Positions 1 to 12,539 of a DNA stretch of 64,000 nt are shown here, piece by piece. Within the stretch, counting starts at the first letter, position 1; every line of letters begins with the position of its first letter. Source of the stretch: Zygnema circumcarinatum SAG 698-1b (lineage: Eukaryota > Plantae > Zygnematophyceae); NCBI GenBank assembly GCA_037447605.1, contig CM074809.1, positions 548,689 through 612,688 of the forward strand, in the 5' to 3' direction. Under the pieces are notes generated by a model. It was not told the DNA's origin. It ran no database searches and saw nothing but the letters and a program-made list of their open reading frames with translations. The translations under genes and the position numbers were made by a program.

Positions 1-790
1 TTGAATTTCTATGAAGGCATATACAGTCAAATAACTTTTTCAAAAAATATGATAAACTTTTGTCCTCCAAAATGAGAGTGATTTATTTGAGATCAAAGTA
101 ACCGTCCAATATAAACGTGCCGCGTGTACACAACCTGACGTTTTCAATTTCATCGGCCAATAAGGAGGGCCCAAGAAACGCGTTGAAATTCTCTTGCCGT
201 TCGTACATTTCGTACTACCGACATTTGACCGTCCGCCGCCCTGCATCCGACGTGGCATCCTCATTTATGGCGCCAGCTAGCTGCCAGAGGGCACCGCCCA
301 GCACAGTCGTCCGATTCCACTTTGTCGCAACCACCAAGTCCCGCCACCAACCAGATCCGATTCTTCAAGATCTTCCTGCTGCGCAACCAGCCGCCTGATT
401 CGTCGATCCACCCGGATCCACTCAGGAATCCACCCATAGATCCACTTCTACTGCTTTGATCCCCCTTAGTTGATCCGGTCCCCTTCCCGCGGTCCCGCGA
501 TCCGTTTTTGGCAGTTTTCACGCTAGAAACGACACTCTTTCATACGGACGCGCATCCTTCCGTTGGAATTTTCGCTGCCGACGCGGCCCTCGCGGCGGCG
601 GGCCCGGTCGTCCGTACAGTGAGGAGAGAGATGCGCGCGAATCCCGCCGACTGCAGCCGGGGCACACCTTTGAGGCCGAAAGCACGCTAGAAGCACAAGC
701 CCGCCGCCGCACGTTCCCCGCTACCGTTTGTCGTTTTGTGACCCCGCACCCCCGCCTTTGTCGGCCGGTCTCGCTTCACTCCGCGACACC

Positions 791-1190
<400 letters not shown>

Positions 1191-1211
1191 TTTCTCCCTC
1201 CAGAGGCGGCG

Positions 1212-4200
1212 ATGAAGCGCCCCTTTTGTCTCGCGGCAGCCGTGTCGCTGCTGCTCCTCCTCCTCTCCCCATCCCTTGCCCTCCCAGCTGCTGCCACGTG
1301 TCCCTCCAGCATCTCCTCCTCCGACGCCGCCGTCCTCACTGGGGTCATCTCTTTCCTCGCCAGCCATGGCTCCCCCCTCCCCGACGGCTGGAAGGCCTCC
1401 AACGTCTCCCAGGCGTGCTGCTGGGACCACTCCGTCTCCTGCTTGAACGGAACCGTCACCTCTCTCTCTCTCTCTTCGCAGAACCTCACAGGCCCTCTCC
1501 CTCCCCTCCTCTCCAACTTCGCCTCCCTGCAGACTCTCGACCTCTCCCTCAACAGCTTCAATGGCTCCATTCCCTCCAGCTGGGCCTCTCTCACCTCTCT
1601 CACAACCCTCAACTTGTTCACAAACTCGCTCTCCGGGTCGCTTGAGCCTCTCGGTTACATGAAGAACTTGACTTACCTCGACCTCAGTGTCAACCTTTTT
1701 GCGGAAGATCTGAGATCGGTGCCTTTGGGGAACTTGACCCAGCTCACTATCTTAAATTTGTTCCAAAACTCCTTCACTGGAGGGTATCCGACATGGCTGG
1801 GATCCCTGACAAGCCTCACTACTCTCTTCATGTCAAGCATTCCGACCCTTCCTCCTTCCACTCTTCCTACAGATATTTCAGGTTGGCCTCCCAATATCCA
1901 GCATTTGGACATATCTAACATGAATTTGGTGGGTAGTCTTCCCGGAGTGCTGGCGGATCTCTCCTCCCTTCAGGACGCCAAATTGAGCTTTAATAACTTG
2001 ACGGGCAGTCTTCCGAAGGAGTTCAGCAACTTTTCATATGTTGAGGGAGTAGCACTCGATATTTCTGCAAACAATTTGTCAGGGGAGATTCCCGTAGAGC
2101 TCACGAAAGGGCTCTTTTATTCTTTGGACCTTCACGACAACAGTCTTTCTGGGAACATTTCCACCTTCCTTATGAATCTTTGTGGGAGCAAAGGGAAAGA
2201 CATACTCAGCACAATTGATCTTCACAGAAACCAGTTAACTGGAGAAATCCCTCCTCGCATTAGCAACTGCACCTCCCTTAGAAATTTATACGTGAGCGAG
2301 AATCAGCTCTCGGGAGAGATCCCCTCGGAACTCAGCTCACTGGAAAACTTGGCGAATTTGGCACTGGAATCGAACTCGTTTTCAGGGGAAATCCCTGCAG
2401 AGTTCTCTTTGCTGACGAAATTTGAGTCTTTAACTTTCAACAACAACAATTTTACCGGAGCTCTGCCGCTATTGAACTGCTCCAAATCAGTGCCTGGTTT
2501 AGCCCTTAGAGGATACAACAACCGCATTGCAGGACCCCTCCCCTCCTTCGACGATTGCCCCCTTTACACTTTCGAAATGGCTAACAACCTTCTCAATGGA
2601 AACCTTGAAGCTCTGGTCGACATGCCTACTCTCGTAAACCTCTCCATTTCAGGAAACCAATTCAACGGAATTCTACCCGCAATCAAGAACTTGACTCTCC
2701 TTAAGACTCTCGACATTTCTCTGAACAACTTCAGCGGCGAAATTCCCGCCACTTTGGGCACGAATGCAGAAAGTTTGACCAGCATAAATATGAGCAAAAA
2801 CTCCTTCAGTGGGGCATTTCCCGAGAATCTCTTTCTCGTGGAAGAGCTTCTCTCCATCGATTTGAGCTTCAATAGTCTCTCAACTCCCCTTACCTCTCTC
2901 TTTCAGATAGGCCCTTCTCTTACAAACTTGGACATTCGGGGAAATAGCATCTCTGGACAGCTCCCAGAGAGCTCCTTCCTTAATGCGATCAACATGCTAC
3001 AATTAAACTTAGCAGGCAACCAATTTTCAGGCCCTCTCCCTTCTAATTTCAGCGATATGACCAGGATAATAGAACTCCGCTTTGAAAACAACGCTTTCAA
3101 CGGCTCCATTCCCCAAACTCTCGCGAATACTGAATCCCTCATAACCCTAAATTTCTCAGGGAACGAGTTTAGCGGTTCGATTCCGAACCTCCAGTCTCAA
3201 AGTTTGGGAGTCATCGACTTTAGTTCGAACAAACTTAGCGGAGAATTGCCTCTTCTTGATGGATTCAGCTTCCTTTCGTATCTTGACCTCTCATCTAACG
3301 AGCTTTCAGGAACTATTCCCGGAAATTACTCTGCTTTAGCATCCCTTCAATACCTTGATCTTTCCCAAAATTCACTTGGTGGCAGCATTCCTGCAGAGCT
3401 TGGTAGTCTTTCCAACCTCACTTTTTTCAATGTATCGGGTAACAGTCTTTCCGGAGCAATTCCTGCAAACTTGTCTCGATTTGGACCTTCGTCTTATAGC
3501 AATACCGAACTTTGTGGAGATTTTCTCTCCTCTCCCTGTGCTCCCTCTCCTCCTCCTCCTTCCAGTAATTCTGGAAGTGGTAGTGATAGCGGATTATCGA
3601 CAGGGGCTATTGTCGGAATCGCTGTGGGAGCATCTCTTGCTGTGCTCCTATTAGCAATGTTGTTGATTTGGCTCTTCTTTTTCAAGCCGAAGGAGGATGA
3701 TCTTACGGATATTGAGAAGGCGAAGTCGATGGAGGGACTAAATGAGGGCTCCTTTACGACTTCCAGTGAAGGGAGATTCCTGGTCTTCCAAAAACTTGAT
3801 TATGGGCTCACGGTGGAAGAGATTGTTATGGCAACGGAAAATTTCAGTGACAACTGTCTGCTTGGAAGGGGAGGATTCGGATCAGTGTACAGGTATGGAA
3901 GTATTCCGCAAAGATTTGACCTTGTTTTCCTTTGCAGTTGAAGGAAGAGATGTTCAGTATATGTATATTCTTGAATAGGTCCTGTAATATTCTCTTTTCC
4001 CTCATTTTTAAGTGGATTTCAGTAAAGGAGAGAATGGTATGCCTCTGTTAGGGTTACGAAGGGAAAGCACATTGGAGTTCTCACCTGTTCTGAAGGGGCC
4101 TGCTCATTTCTTTTTTTGATATCTTTGGTTTTCCTTCAAAATCTCTTGCTCTCCAGCTCTTCGTGATGATTTCTGCATTTTTTGGAAAGCAAGCTATGTA

Positions 4201-5138
4201 CTATAAGGAGGGTTGGTGACAGAACGCATGCTTAGGCGTCCAATTCAAGAATTTCTCTGTAAATCTCTATAAAGAAAGCAAACTAACTAACTAGTTCGTC
4301 AGTCAGTTAGCTTGATAACGACTAACATAAAGGATTGCCGAACCGAAATATGTGATGCAGAGCAACACTTCCGAACGAGCAAGTGTTTGCAGTGAAACGA
4401 CTCACGCAGGGAAGCTCCCAAGGAGACAACGAATTCAGAGCAGAAATGGAAACATTGGGCAAAATTCGACACAAGAATCTTGTGACTCTTGTTGCGAGCT
4501 ATAACGACCCCACTTCAAAGGAATGTCTCCTCATCTACAACTTCCTCCCAGGGGGAAACCTCGACTCGCTGCTCAAGAAGGGAGTGGAGTGGCCGACTCG
4601 CCTCAATGTCGCCATAGGAGTCGCAAGAGGGCTCAAATACCTCCATCACGACTGCATCCCTTACATCATCCACCGCGATATGAAGCCCGGAAACATCCTC
4701 ATGGATGGTCAAATGGAAGCTCATGTTGCGGATTTTGGGTTGGCTAAAGTTGTGGATATGACAAAGACGCATGTTTCCACAAAATTGTTGGGGACAATTG
4801 GGTATTTGGCTCCGGAGTATGCTGGAAAGGGGCAAGCTTCTACGAAAAGTGATGTGTTTGCATATGGAGTTGTTCTTCTGCAGCTTGTGAGTGGGAAGCT
4901 TCCCACTCAGCCGCAGATGCGTCATGGAATGTCGCAGTGGGCGAAATCGACACCTGCTTCGGAGGTTATTGATGTGAACCTGAATCCGGAGGGAGATGAA
5001 AGGAAGGAGATTTTGGCTGTGTTGAAGTTGGGGATTGCGTGTACTTCTCGGAACCCCTTGGACCGTCCAACTATGGAGGAAGTGCTGCACACATTGGAGA
5101 ATTTGGACGAGTTTGCTGCGGGAGTGAAGGATGAGTGA
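1212..5138 (+). CDS. LRR receptor-like kinase (signal peptide, >20 plant-type LRRs, TM, RD kinase); exons 1212-3892 and 4361-5138
   Basis: MKRPFCLAAAVSLLLLLL signal peptide; LxxLDLSxNxFxGxIP repeats; Cys pairs CCWDHSVSC and LCGDFLSSPC; TM AIVGIAVG...LLIWLFFF. The GT-AG intron 3893-4360 joins GRGGFGSVYR|ATLPNEQVFAVK in frame. Kinase motifs HRDMKPGN, DFG and APE are present. Confidence 0.96.
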
Positions 5139-6415
5139 GAGATTGGAGGGAGTGGGTTGGTAAGAGAGAGGGAGAGAGGGAAGGGGGAGGAGAGAACTGT
5201 CACATCGCTCGAGGTACAGGGGGACCTAGCTTTGCGTTTATTCATGATAACTTATTTTGTTATTTCCTCTCGTTTTTCCTTTCTTTCCCTTTCTTATTTA
5301 GTGGTATCTTGGGCTTTTCTTTTCGCTGCCAATTAGAAATAAATAGTTCGCAGGGTTTTTTGGAACTACAGGAAGGTGAGGGGAAGTGGGAGAGGGGAGG
5401 GTGGTAAGTACTGAACATATTTCCACTGCTTATGATTAGCCGAGTCATTGCTTTACTAGAAAGAATGCTAAGGTTCCCTCAAAACTTGTTACAATATTCT
5501 GCAATAGGCGAATAGTTTATACTTCATGCTGAAAATAGGCGAGCAAGCTGACAATACTATTGACTCTACTGTTCTTTGTTAGGCCCTTCCTCTGGAAAAG
5601 CGCCGCTTGCTATGGGGATGTGCAGGAGATGATGCCTTTAATGTCCATGTCATGTCCATGTCATGTCCTTTCCAACCCTACGAAACTTGGATGGCTGGTG
5701 GTGTATTACCAAAATACTGTGTTAAAGGAACTGGTGATTAGCCTTCTTGCTATATCTTCTTGTCATTTTTGAATGGCAGTTGTACTGTACATCTTGCGCT
5801 TCACTGTGCGTTCGAGAAAGTGTGAATTAGAACGGGGGTGTAGCAGAGATTAATCTCGATCTGCCACGTTCGCATTTTGTGGCGAGCTGTGATTGAGGCA
5901 TGCCTAAGTCAAGGACTGCACCCTCAATGGACTTTCTCCCTACAGAAGAGAAAATCGCACAAATCTGAAGAATGGGTTACCAGCGTGTGCGTAAATCGGT
6001 CAACTGGGGACAATGCAAACTGAGGGAGAAGGGAGAGAGAGAGGAGAGAGCCATGAAGAGGGGGAAGACCCATGAAAGGGAGGGAGAGAGAGCGAAAAGG
6101 ATAGGGCAAGGAGGGAGAGGGAGAGGGAGAGGAAGAGGGGAGAAAGGGAGAGAGGAAGGGGGGGAAGATGTGAAGGCTGGACCCTTAGCCGTTTCAGCTT
6201 TTCAAAAGAGACTCTCATTTTATGCCTGCCTTAAAATGAAAGCAAATTACATAAAACTGCAGCCTTTTTATCGTGCCATCATTTACTGGTCATTCCACCA
6301 AAAACTGGAACTGTGCCCCGACGAAAAGCAGAATGGAGATGTTATTTCGATTTCTAAGGGAAAAAAATGCGGAAGCTCTACGGAAACTAAATATTTTGCT
6401 TGTTTTATTTTAAAC

Positions 6416-7717
6416 CTATGATTGGATCACCTTATTAGGTTTGAGCCTCGCCTTCATCAGAGCCACCGCTGTGTTCAGAGTTTCATCGTCCTTGCAGAAT
6501 GCAAATCTGACGAGATTTTTGCCCTCATCAGGGTCAACATAGAACGAGCTCGGAGGGATCGCCGCCACTCCCACCTCCTCAATGAGATGCTTACAAAAGT
6601 CAACGTCTGATCCGTATCCGAACATCGTATGATTCGCCATCACAAAAAAGGTACCCTGGAACAATTTTTTTTAGAAAAAGATTAGCAGATGCTCTCATTA
6701 AAAGGAGAAGTAATACTGATGATGATCTAAGTTATGACTAACAACTAATCCCATCAATTGCTTGAAATAAAAATAGCTCGGAAAAAGTACCTTGGGTTCA
6801 TACACTTCAAATCCAGCCTCCTTTAATCCTTGCACCAACTTGTCTCTCTTAGCGGAATAGGAGGCAGAAAGTTCTTCATAGTATGAATCCGGAGCAGATA
6901 AAGCCGCAACTGCTCCCCACTGAAGGGGCGTAGAGACGGCAAAAGTCACGTAGCTGTGAGCTTGCCTAATGCCCCAAGTCAAATTAGGGTTAGCAATGGC
7001 CCATCCGATCTTCCAGCCAGTGAGAGAGAAAGTTTTTCCCAAAGAATTTAAAGTGACTGTCCTCTCATACATTCCAGGGAGAGAGGCAATGGAGATGTGC
7101 TCCCCTTCATAGACTAACTTATGGTAAACCTCGTCAGAGACAGCAATTGCGTCGAACTCCTTACACAGAGCGGCGATAAATTCAAGCTCAGACCGCGAAA
7201 AAACCTTTCCAGTAGGGTTGTGGGGTGTGTTGATTAGAATGGCTCGAGTTTTAGGGCTGAAAGCTGCTCTCAATTCTTTCTCAGGAAGAGCATATTCGGG
7301 TGGTCGAAGCGTAACAACCTTTACTTTAGCACCCGCCATGGATAATGTCGCCAAATAAGAGTCATAAAAAGGCTGAAAAAGAATAACTTCTTCTCCGGGA
7401 TTGACCAGCCCCAGCATTGTTGCAGCTGCGGCTTCCGTACATCCACACGTGACTGTAATTTCTGAAGCAGGATCAACTTTTAATCCAGAATCTTTTTCAA
7501 ACTGTGCAGCGATTGCTTTAGTTAAGTCTGGAATTCCGCCCATTGGCGCGTACTGCCCCTTGCCATCCGCAATCGCTTGCATGGCAGCTGCCTTCACAAA
7601 CTCCGGACCATCAAAATTAGGGAAACCCTGACCAAGGTTGACAGCTCCATGCTTTATAGCCAACGCAGTAATTTCAGCGAAAACGCTCGTTCCAAACTGG
7701 GAGAGGCGATCTGCAAT
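6416..7717 (-). CDS. PLP-dependent class I/II aminotransferase (kynurenine/methionine aminotransferase-like); exons 6791-7717 and 6416-6655, 5' exon unresolved
   Basis: NLGQGFPNFDGP, NTPHNPTGK, SDEVY and PLP-lysine motif SLGKTFSLTGWKIG. A GT-AG intron joins VYEPK|GTFFVM in frame; C-terminus VRFAFCKDDETL. Confidence 0.93.
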
Positions 7718-8667
7718 CTGCAGAATGCCAAAATGCGGAATTTGGAAAAAAATGATCCTTGGATTCACAAAAGGAGGACAAAGGGTTCGACATTCTTCTT
7801 GAAGTTGACATGTGTTTGGAGTTAGAGAGCAGGCACACACTGCCCTCGGCAGACGCTCTCCCCCTCATTCCTTCTCTCATCTAATTCTCTCTGTACATTT
7901 AGTTCGGTTTTTCTCTTCAGCTTTCTATCTAACAACTTCTCGATGCTGGTTCCTTAAATAGGGATTCTGGAAAACCCTAAAGCCAGTCACTGAATTTCTT
8001 GTCGCTCCTCTACTCTTCCTCCCATTACACATATCTCTCTCTCGCCCTCCTCTCTTTCTCACTCTCTCTCTCCCGCTGCCTCTCCCTCTCCCTCTCCCTC
8101 CGCTCTCCAAGTTTCATCTTCCTTTGCACTCCTACCTTTTTCTCAATTGCTCCTTTCCTCTGCACCCTCTCGCTCTCTCTCCTATCTCACAACAATGAAA
8201 TAATCAGACCCACACATCGAATTCCTCCTTGAAGCAACGCATACACATCGTTCAGTTAAACATTATTATCTCCCGCACTTTTAAAACCCTTTTTAGACCC
8301 AATAAGTAAACCCACCTCCTGCTTCCGCTTAATGCCTCCAGTGACCTCCCTCTCCCTCTCCCTCGCCGCCGCCTCCCCTCCATTCTCCACTGCAGTCGCC
8401 ATTCTTCCTTTCCTCCAGCAATTGCGCAGACCCAAATACCAAAAACCTCTTCAACTTGCCTATGGAAATGTCAACACGCTCTAGCAGCCTGCTCAATGCT
8501 GCAGCTCAACTCAGCTTGCATTCATTCAACCTAAAATCTGCCTCTCCCTTCGCTTGGGGGGGATGCGGCATTCATTGATCTCACGATGGCGATGATGCAT
8601 GCCATCAAATGTACATGGACAAAATCATCATCATGGGGAAGAGAACCACGAAGAACTGGCTCCAAAG

Positions 8668-9248
8668 TGTTAGTTTGTACAATAGTTAGTGGTACATAGT
8701 TTATGGGAGCATGGGGTTTGCAAGGCTTGAGTACGGCCGGTGTTCAGAGGTGTGCACGAAACCCCCGAGGCCCAAGTCACGGCCGACGGAGTAGAAACTG
8801 AACGCCGGGCAATCGTAGACGTGTGACGTGACGTACGCATGAAATCGCGAAGCGACGGCCAGTGGAGCTGTTAGCCGTCCCCAGTTCGCTAGTATAAGTA
8901 GAAAGGGAGAATGTAGAGATATACCCCGCCTTCAAGGTGAAGCTTGCCGGAATGTGGTGGAGCGTTCACAAGTGAAAGGTGGCAGTCTTGTAGTGGAGTA
9001 GGGTTGCAGTAGAGCTGCCTTTGCTGCACACTTGTACTTCACGTTGAAAGTTAAGAGTTTTAGGCCGTGGTGCTTTCTCTTACTTTTCCTCCTCTCTTCG
9101 ATCTGTTTTTTCATCTCTGTTTGGGGTTTCTTGTAAACTGTGTGTGTGAACTTCTGCTTCCGCTGAGATGGTGTCTCCCGGCTCAAGGCGTAGAGGGATG
9201 TCCTCCTTAGAGGTATCCTCTAGCAGATCCGGAGGCTCCGCATCAACA
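8668..9248. mobile_element. Solo LTR, 581 bp
   Basis: TGTT...AACA termini flanked by an exact 5-bp duplication CAAAG (8663-8667, 9249-9253). Removing it restores a dispersed repeat also seen at 44.2 and 52.6 kb. Confidence 0.8.
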
Positions 9249-10326
9249 CAAAGGACCTACGGACAAAGGGAAAAAAGCTTTAGGAGCTGAAGGCTACGCC
9301 TACGCTCAACGAGGCTTCAAGCCCTCCCTAGCGCAGCAGGAAAGGTCGAGAAAAAGGCTGAATTAACGCAAAACGACCAAAAAAAAAAAAAAAAAAAACG
9401 AAGAACAAGGACGATGATGATGAGATGATCAAAGACAAAGATACACACAAAGATGAGACGAAAATGAACAGCGCCTCGCAACAAGACAAGCTGCGCCAGA
9501 AAATGCCAAAAAATAGAGCGAAAAACGGTAGAAAAACAAAAAACACCGAGCTGAACGGTTTATATTTTTTCCGAGAAACCAAAGGCGTGTTCTGACCAGA
9601 TATCGATTTTAGCAGGATTATTTAGAGACTCGATTTAGTCTCTCAGGTAAAAAATCTACTTGTGCCCTGTGCTTGATTCGCCGGCAGATTATGCTTTCAC
9701 CTATGGGCCACTTCATGGCGCAAAAGCGAGTAACCTTTTATATCGTTATTTGTTATCATCAAATCAACAGCATCAAAACAGAGCAAAGCAAAGAAAAAAA
9801 AGGAACGCAGACAATTATATATAGCGACAGAGCAAAGGCAGAAGGGGAAGGGGTGGGGAAGTCAGGATGGGTGGCCCACCCATCCACCCATCCATCCATT
9901 CATCCATCCATCCATTCATCAAGGCATGACTACATGTCCGTACAGTCTGAACACATGTTTGTTGTTGCTGTGGTTAACATCAAAGAGCACCCAACAATGA
10001 AAGCATGTGCTGTGGAATCATCACTGAACCATGGTCGAGGTCATGCAAGTTGCTTTAGAATCAATGCATCGCCCAACGTCTCTAAAGTACAATGCTGACT
10101 TCCAGCCCAACGAACATCAAGAAGATCCAAATTTTGGGCCACAGTACCCACGCAAACCCAAGCCAAGGAAGTTTTTCGGCAAGAAACTGAACCAAAGGAT
10201 GTCTCCATTATGTACAACAATCAACCAAAACCTGTTCTCCTCGAGAGAAAAGAATTTGCATTGGTCTCTGTTCTCTATGTACTAGCAATCTTTAGCAATC
10301 CCGTTCATCACTCAAAACTGTGGAGG

Positions 10327-11430
10327 CTAAAATTCCCGGTGATTTCGGAGGGCAGCCCGTTCCAATTCTTGCGCAATGTTCAAAGAGAAACAGTGCCTTG
10401 TTGCAGGGAGCAATGCGGTGACTTCGCCTGCATCCCTTCTGGCCCAATATGTGAACAGGACTCCGCTACTTGTGAACACATGGCCTTCACGTGAAACTTC
10501 CACAGCGACAACTCCTGCACAAGAAGGAAGCAAACAAAGGTTTAGTAAGTTCTGGACCACTTTTCCGCTTGCCAAAAGCTATATTCTTGTGCAAAAAACA
10601 ACTTGAATGAGACGTATTGGCAGGTGAATTGAGCAAAGGAATGTGAGAGTGCTGACCAGGTGCATGACCAGGTGCAATGCATTTGGCCACATCGTGTGAA
10701 AGGGGAGTTGCAGGAACCACGAGGACTCCAAATCGTGCTAGGAGGGGCCGAACAGGAGAGACTGAGAAGCCCTGCCCATGGAGGAGGACCTGCAATGCAA
10801 TGCACTTTTGAACTTAGCGGAGACGAGGACGTGATCCTTTCCCTTTTTAAAAAGATGCCTTCAATGTGACGTCAGGGATTAAAGTTGTGTCGCTCTCTAA
10901 CCCTAAAAAAGAAGGACATAAGCTTTGGGCACACCTCAACTCCTCCTGCTTCAGAGCAGGAGGTTGGCATGACTTCATTGAGGGTCAGCTGCCCACGAAG
11001 CACTCCTGCGGTAGCAGAGAGAACAAAGGTCCTCTCCCTTCCCAAGCTGCCAAGTGTTTGGTTCAAATCTTGCAATTCCTGCAACCCCAAAAGGAGCAAC
11101 ACAAGCAACCACACTAACTCAGAGCGATAGTGGGACCTGGACAGCCTGAATCACCTGGAAAAGGAGCCAAGTCGCCGATTATTTCTAGGAAAACCTAGAA
11201 ATAATCGGCGACTTCCGCTCCTTATCTCCTATAAAGCTGCTTTTCCTATTCAAGAAGCTGCATATCAGAATGACTGCCTTATTCAGCGCACAACATTAAG
11301 CAAAAAAGTCAAGTGAGGGTTGGAAGTAAACCTGTCCTAGATGAAACAGCCTCACAGGCGGCGTCTGCGGTTGAGTCCCTTCGCTCTGAAGATCGTCACT
11401 CTCTCTCTCTCTCCTCAAGAGTGCTGCAGT
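10327..11430 (-). CDS. IPT/TIG-domain protein of unknown function; 5' exons unresolved (possibly to ~11750)
   Basis: Phase-compatible GT-AG exons (including an 18-nt micro-exon 11137-11154) splice to ...VMPTSCSEAGGVEVLLHGQGF...ARFGVLVVPA...CIAPGVVAVEVSREGHVFTSSGVLFTY, which fits the IPT/TIG consensus pattern. Confidence 0.62.
11161..11223. other. Perfect 21-bp-stem hairpin (4-nt loop, extendable to ~28 bp)
   Basis: AAGTCGCCGATTATTTCTAGG-AAAA-CCTAGAAATAATCGGCGACTT, with outer AAGGAGC/GCTCCTT pairing. Confidence 0.92.
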
Positions 11431-12539
11431 CACTGCATGCACACAACACCCAATGATTAGATAAATTGTGGGGTCCCATGCTTCCTTTCAGAACCACTCA
11501 ATCCGCGTCCTTTGCCTCATTCATCAAGATTTTTCCGTATGCAACAATTCATTACTCCTTACGCACCTCGCTCAGCAAGCAGCCCTATGCTCATCCCTCG
11601 CCCTGCATGCATGCTGACCTCCGCCGGGCCGTCCTTCCGCCTGCTTTCGCCGCCATAGCCATGTCCGGGCAAGGAACGGAGCACCACTCGTACAGACACG
11701 CTCTCGCCTTCTTCCTCCTCCTCCTCCCTCTCCTCCCGCCCGCCATGGCTGAAGTCCACGCCTCCTCGCCTTTCCTGCTCCTCCCCCTCTTCGGGTCTCA
11801 AACTAGCTGCGCCTTGCATTCCTCAATGGGCTCTTAGGGTTAGGGTTAGAATCAGGGTTAGGTTTTTATTCAAAAGTAAGGAAAAAAAATGTCTATATTA
11901 AAGTACTACCTCCCCACTTCCTTTTGCATAATCTTAGAGGGGAGATTATCAGGGATGTAATCATAGTTTGAGCTTTCTTTCTTATTCATCTTATTTTTTT
12001 TGTTTTAATGTACGCGACACTGCTAACAGGGAGGCGGAAACCCATTGCCTCCATCCATGGCATGCATGCATACACATTGGAGCTTCGCGTTTCCATGTCT
12101 AAATTTCCTTGTCCCACGCGCCGTTCCGTCACGCGTTCCGTGTCACCTGCTCTATGCCAACATAACAGCTTCCCGGCCTCTCGTTTTAGATTCCGTAAGA
12201 CAAATCTTACACATACGCTAGAGACAAGGACTGTGCGTTAGCATCACAACGAGAAAAACCACACAGCGCGGCTCTCAAAAGAGAAATTTGTAACCACCAC
12301 CGACCACCGGCGGTTCTATAACGACAAGATCAAGATAGGCGCGTCATCCAAAGCGACAAACGGCGCGTTCCGGCGGTCCTTACAGCAAACTGAATCTTCC
12401 AAATACGACAAAACATACCGCCACAGCTGGCAATTTTGGCGGCTCGTGTAGGAGCTGTACGAAATGCATGCTGACAGCTTTTTTGCCAGTTGGCAATATC
12501 CGATTGGATATTGTTTAGAAAAATGCTTATACTGTTTCG

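Noticed and set aside
4515-5090. 191-aa minus-strand ORF
   Set aside because: Antisense shadow of the kinase exon; no motifs.
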